NCBI GenBank assembly: GCA_035492855.1
Contig: DATJIU010000105.1
Span: 20,188-84,187, forward strand
DNA from: Dongiaceae bacterium
GTDB taxonomy: Bacteria > Verrucomicrobiota > Verrucomicrobiia > Limisphaerales > JAFMIX01
DNA: 64,000 nucleotides
Reading direction: 5' to 3'
Position numbers and translations under genes: made by a program. A model generated the notes under the pieces. It was given only the letters and a program-made list of their open reading frames with translations, did not search any database and had not been told where the DNA came from. The stretch's first letter is position 1. The number at the start of each line of letters is the position of its first letter. Below are positions 61,757-64,000 of this stretch, piece after piece.

Positions 61757-63010
61757 TTACAGACGGGTGGGCGCCGCCAGGTCGGTTTCCTTGGAGGCGT
61801 GCATGTAACTCAGATTGATGCCGCCGCTGTGGGCCGCCGGGTCGCTGCCCCCGAGAGAGCTGGCCACCAAACTCCGGAAAGCCACGCCGAAATCCAGCTT
61901 ATAGCCGGAGATGCCGTTGGCTCCGTAGAGGTGCTCGTTGCCCCACATGGAGTACTGGCCTTCTTCAATGGCGCCGTCAGATTCCATCACCCCATTCAAC
62001 GCCAGCCAATTGTTGGCCACGGTGAGCGCGCCGAGGTTGTTGCCGGCATCCGCGCTTGCAATGGCATCGCCCGTGCCCAGGTAACCCACGGCGATGTAGC
62101 CGGTGCCGCCGAGCAGGTCGGTCGCGGTCTGGGTGCCGTCCACGCGCAGAGCCTTGGCCACGTCGCCGCCGCTTTCATAACCGTTGTTGTCCACTTCGGT
62201 CAGGGTGCTGGCGTCGCCCACTCCGGAGAACGGAATGCCGTTGATGGAAAACTGCACCACCGGCTTGGTGATGCCGTAGCCGCAATCCGCGAGGGTGTTC
62301 ACGCGCGTGCCGGAACCCTTGTTGCGGCCAATCGGGAAAACGTTGTTGGTATCGCCCGTATTGCCGGTGAAGAACGCGGCCACCTGCGGGAAGCCGAGCA
62401 GCACCCGGATTTGTTCATGGGTGATATTGGTCAGGTGGTTCCAAGCGGTCAGCGGGGTGGATTGGTAATTCTTGACCCAGGTGAACGGAACGATGCCCAC
62501 TTTGCCGAAATCATGGAGAGTGAAAGCCGAACTGAGTGAGACATCCTTGGAGGTGTCGGCCATAGACAGGTCGGCATTGCGGCTGGTGGCTTCCAGTTCC
62601 GCGCCGGAGGGATTGCTGGACGAAACGGTGTAGCTCACCGTGCCGTCGGTCTTCATGAACGTGGCCGGGGCGCCAGGCAGGGGGGAACCGTCGTTGTCAA
62701 TGTTGTTGCCGGCCACGGAGGCAATGCCGGCTTCGGAACCGCTCCAGTAGCAGGAGACAAAGGTTTCCGTGCCGCCGATGTTGCCATGGAACAGCATGTA
62801 GCTGGCTTTGGAGGCGGTGCTGCTGCCGCGGATGGCCATGTCCGGTGCGGCATCCCACGGGCCGGTGGGCGCGGCGGCGGCGAGCACGTTGTAGCAGTTG
62901 CCGCGGAAAGCGCTGGAACCGGTGAGGTAGATGGTGTTGGCCGCGTCGGCAGAGACGATTCCCGCCGCTATGAGCGCTGCAGTGAGGAGCAATTTCTGGT
63001 TCATTTTCAT
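61757..63010 (-). CDS. Secreted PstS-like (type 2 periplasmic-binding-fold) protein of unknown ligand (417 aa)
   Basis: ATG 63010 gives signal peptide MKMNQKLLLTAALIAAGIVSADA; blocks IYLTGSSAFR, WSGSEAG, ADLSMADTS, GRNKGSGTR are reminiscent of PstS/PBP-like-2 proteins; assignment tentative. Confidence 0.6.
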   Translation of the reverse strand: MKMNQKLLLTAALIAAGIVSADAANTIYLTGSSAFRGNCYNVLAAAAPTGPWDAAPDMAIRGSSTASKASYMLFHGNIGGTETFVSCYWSGSEAGIASVAGNNIDNDGSPLPGAPATFMKTDGTVSYTVSSSNPSGAELEATSRNADLSMADTSKDVSLSSAFTLHDFGKVGIVPFTWVKNYQSTPLTAWNHLTNITHEQIRVLLGFPQVAAFFTGNTGDTNNVFPIGRNKGSGTRVNTLADCGYGITKPVVQFSINGIPFSGVGDASTLTEVDNNGYESGGDVAKALRVDGTQTATDLLGGTGYIAVGYLGTGDAIASADAGNNLGALTVANNWLALNGVMESDGAIEEGQYSMWGNEHLYGANGISGYKLDFGVAFRSLVASSLGGSDPAAHSGGINLSYMHASKETDLAAPTRL

Positions 63011-63057
63011 GTCAGAGTAGGTTTGTGGTTTGTTGGTTATTGGTTGCGAAAAGGAGA

Positions 63058-63810
63058 TTATTTGGCTGCGGCGGCAAACTTCCGGCGGATGCCCCAAGCC
63101 AGCAAACCGGCGCCGGCGACCAGGCTCAGCGTGGCAGGTTCGGGTACCGCCTGCGGGGTGAAGGTGAGGGTGTTGTTGTTAAAATCCATGGTGAAGTAAC
63201 CGGCGTAGGAGTAACTGTCGCTGCTGCCGGACTGGCTGGTCATGTAGAGGTCGGCAAACGCCATGCCGCTGCCCACCGTGCTGCCCACGTTGATGCCCTG
63301 CTGGCCCAGCAAACCGCTACCGCCATAAATTGCCGAGCTGAAGCTGGAGGCATCGCTGGCCAATGGCGTGGCTGAACCGCCGGCCAGTGACAGGCTGGCG
63401 TAACCGCTGAGCACCTGGTTGAAATCCGCCGCCCGGGCGCTGGCATTGGAGAGCGTCTGATCCGCCGGGGTGCTGGAACCCGCCACGCTGGGCGTGCCCA
63501 GGCTGCTGCGCGTCTGGGTCAGGTACACGGAAGGGGTGAGGCCGGACTTGCCGCCGCCGATGCCCATCACCGTGCCGTTCGCGCCGGAGGTGAAGATGCT
63601 GTCAAAGGTGCTGCGCGTGAAGTCGGTGCTCAGATTGACCACCGTGGAGCTGCCGACCAGCGATGAAGCCTGTCCCAGATTGATGATGTAGTCGTTCGCG
63701 GCGCCATTGCCGGTGAAACCGAGGACCAAATCATTGTTTGCAGCGTGCGCGGCCTGGGCCACCAGGGCCGCACCCACCGCAATCATTGCTGTCTTGGTGA
63801 ATTCATTCAT
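63058..63810 (-). CDS. PEP-CTERM-anchored secreted protein (250 aa)
   Basis: ATG 63810 gives signal peptide MNEFTKTAMIAVGAALVAQAAHA; C-terminus VPEPATLSLVAGAGLLAWGIRRKFAAAAK; Ser/Gly/Thr-rich core paralogous to 59225-60271. Confidence 0.8.
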   Translation of the reverse strand: MNEFTKTAMIAVGAALVAQAAHAANNDLVLGFTGNGAANDYIINLGQASSLVGSSTVVNLSTDFTRSTFDSIFTSGANGTVMGIGGGKSGLTPSVYLTQTRSSLGTPSVAGSSTPADQTLSNASARAADFNQVLSGYASLSLAGGSATPLASDASSFSSAIYGGSGLLGQQGINVGSTVGSGMAFADLYMTSQSGSSDSYSYAGYFTMDFNNNTLTFTPQAVPEPATLSLVAGAGLLAWGIRRKFAAAAK

Positions 63811-64000
63811 AGATAGTTTCCTAGTAGTATTCCGTTGGTTCGTTGTGTCTGCACCTAGTGGTTCAGCGCGGATAAAACTACTTGACCCACCGAAGATTTG
63901 CGTCATGTAGAAGGACACAGGAGTTCTGTTTTAAGACCTGACTTTCGATATTGTAACGCGCTAAAAGAAAGCGCTTTATAAATTTGCTTTTTGACCGGGA

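Noticed and set aside
1-64000. Scan for CRISPR arrays, rRNA/tRNA genes, transposases, integrases and phage or defence modules
   Set aside because: No regularly spaced direct repeats were seen, no T-loop/anticodon-arm architecture, and no DDE/tyrosine-recombinase or defence-system motifs in any credible ORF. The window looks like chromosomal accessory-metabolism and cell-surface DNA.

Overview
GC-rich bacterial chromosomal window. The gene content is typical of the PVC superphylum, most likely Verrucomicrobiota: PEP-CTERM anchors, a prepilin-type H-X9-DG protein, a giant LamG/PATR-repeat protein and many secreted glycosidases. All family calls were made by eye from motifs in the supplied translations; no searches were run. 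Layout: (1) pilT (partial)-pilB-pilC on the plus strand (1-3724). These converge on (2) a nine-gene minus-strand operon (9636->3820): an ECF sigma/anti-sigma pair, a short GspE-like ATPase, two full-length GspF-like platform paralogues, two pseudopilins and two tiny membrane proteins. (3) AraC regulator, fucI-fucU-fucP, then GH36/GH92/GH97/GH95 glycosidases (9869-24072, plus strand). (4) PEP-CTERM protein, H-X9-DG pseudopilin-like protein, 979-aa LamG/Ig/PATR protein, SGNH hydrolase and GH3 (24497-32337, plus strand). (5) A ~12.5-kb co-directional minus-strand array (46348->33812). It holds two GH29 fucosidases with a decayed discoidin-domain remnant between them, an unassigned 708-aa secreted protein, an SSS symporter and a lipoprotein-type RhaM-like mutarotase. 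It continues with an SDR, an L-fuconate dehydratase, an amidohydrolase-2 lactonase and a DHDPS-family aldolase, whose stop overlaps the start of a tandem-BMC-domain shell protein. (6) AraC, ExbB-ExbD-TonB-ExbD, AraC. (7) A two-partner-secretion pair (TpsB/TpsA) plus a PilP/GspC-like small protein. (8) Secreted/PEP-CTERM paralogues, a Sel1-repeat protein and a PstS-like protein. No rRNA, tRNA, CRISPR array or transposase was recognised. Best candidates for something new: (a) a microcompartment shell gene coupled to an aldolase with an encapsulation-peptide-like tail, at the end of a non-phosphorylative L-fucose operon; (b) the ECF-sigma-headed type-IV-filament-like operon with duplicated platform proteins and no secretin or peptidase. 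The many long antisense ORFs in the track are treated as high-GC artefacts.
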